Origin: Chrysemys picta bellii
Taxonomy: Eukaryota
Direction of reading: 5' to 3'
Length of the DNA: 64,000 nucleotides
Assembly: GCF_011386835.1 (NCBI RefSeq)
Contig: NC_088792.1
Location: 265,546,001 to 265,610,000, forward strand
The notes beneath the pieces were generated by a model. That model was not told where the DNA came from and made no database searches. It worked only from the letters and a program-made list of their open reading frames with translations. Both the position numbers and the translations under genes were made by a program. Below, piece after piece: positions 62,700 to 64,000 of the stretch. The first letter of the stretch is position 1. Every line of letters begins with the position of its first letter.

Positions 62700-62900
62700 A
62701 TTCCATTCCCCGACACCACAGCGCTGACCTCATCCATCCACGCAGCCCGGTCCCCCATTGGCTGAGCGTCACGTCCGGGGTGGGCGGTGCTTCCGCTGCA
62801 CCCATTCATAACCCCCCAGCCGGAGGATACAGTGTTGCAGTAGTATATTAAATGGAAACGCTCTGGGGACGGGGTGAGTGAGAGTGTTGCTGGGGAGGGG
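62700..62900 (-). promoter_or_regulatory. Candidate EXT1 proximal promoter
   Basis: Clustered CCAAT (ATTGG 62757-62761), CRE-like CGTCACGT (62767-62774), GC/GT box GGGGTGGGCGG (62777-62787) and ETS-like TTCCG (62791-62795) in CpG-rich sequence. Confidence 0.55.
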
Positions 62901-64000
62901 GGTTCCTGTTTAAGAGATCGCCCGCAGAGCAGCTTGCAGCATCTTTGGGGCACAGTCGCCCCTCCTGCCCTTTCCCTGGCACAGCACTGATGAGCGACGG
63001 TCTAGGAGGGTCGCTCTAGTTTTATGTTAAGCAGCGTCCTTGGGTGGGAGACTGAAATCTGATTGCAACAACATACAAGTACTTTTCAGTGTCCCCACCC
63101 CCAAGTACAGGCAGTAACAAGACTGGCTGCAGCCCACAGGCCGGAGAGGCAGTTGTCTAGGATGGCAGTCATAGGTGCTGGAACTAGGGGTGCTGCTGCA
63201 CTCCCTGGCTTGAAGTGATTTCCATCATATACAGGGTTTACAGATTGGTTCAATGGCTCTCAGCACCCCCACTATACACACTGTTCCAGCACCCCTGGCG
63301 GCAATATTCAATCTTTAGTGACTGTTTATGGTGGGAGTGTCTGTTGGGGGACAGACGCTTTCCAGTTCGCCTAAGGCTAGGAGCTGAGCCAAGGGAGGGT
63401 ATATCTGAAACAGTGCATGACAGTGTTAAGGGCGAGCCACCTTTGCGGGAGAAATCCTCAAGGCTATGTCTGCTGAGCAGCACAGGAGGGATCTTATCAG
63501 CAGCAGCTGGCTCAAGATCCTCTCTGGCAGGCTCATTAAGCCAAGGAAGAAAGCGCGCCTACCCTTTCATCTTTTAACAGCCCGTCACAAGTCTATGCTA
63601 ACTGCAAGCCAGTAATGCAGGAGCTGAGCCAAACACATACAAGAGAAAGTTCCCCCTGAGTAGGAGAGGACCTATTGCTACAGAGGGAAAGGGAGCAGAG
63701 GTCTGGGGAGCGCTGGTGCCAAGGGGAGGAAGAGAGAGTTGCTCAGGTTAATCTGGAATCAGGATTTAAATTGGAAAACTGAGGAAAGGGAGAATCTCTT
63801 TCCCCTTTCAGATGGACTGCTTTACATGTCTCTACTACTGCCCTCTACTGGATGGAATACTGCATTACCTCACATGTATCTCTTCCCTCTGGTTAGTGTT
63901 TGTTCCTACAGCTAAAATGGAAAGAGCTCCTGCACTTTGAATCTCAAAGCCATGAATTATAATTCCATCTGGTACAAATATGATGTTATCTATTGATCTT

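Overview
Eukaryotic (vertebrate) genomic DNA. The repeat content suggests a turtle or related non-avian reptile, which is an inference. The only host gene is EXT1 (exostosin-1, heparan sulfate polymerase) on the minus strand. Its first coding exon (962 nt, 61805-60844) and GTAAGT donor lie near the right end, with a uATG-rich 5' leader and CpG-rich promoter at about 61.8-62.9 kb. Bases 1-60843 are part of the very large intron 1. The intron holds a complete 3954-bp PIF/Harbinger transposon (18-bp TIRs, TGA TSD) with a frameshifted DDE transposase and a convergent spliced Myb/SANT gene. It also holds two solo LTRs, CR1/L2/RTE LINE remnants, core-SINEs, many Harbinger, hAT and Tc-mariner MITEs, and several Penelope-like fragments with minimal hammerhead ribozyme motifs. 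Best leads: (1) a candidate third, spliced 101-aa gene nested antisense in the intron of the Harbinger Myb gene; (2) 125-180-bp hammerhead-carrying, retrozyme-like mobile units with their own TSDs, one in sense to the EXT1 pre-mRNA; (3) a strong-Kozak uORF (MADWS) ahead of a weak-context EXT1 start. All family assignments are from motif recognition by eye; no database searches were run.
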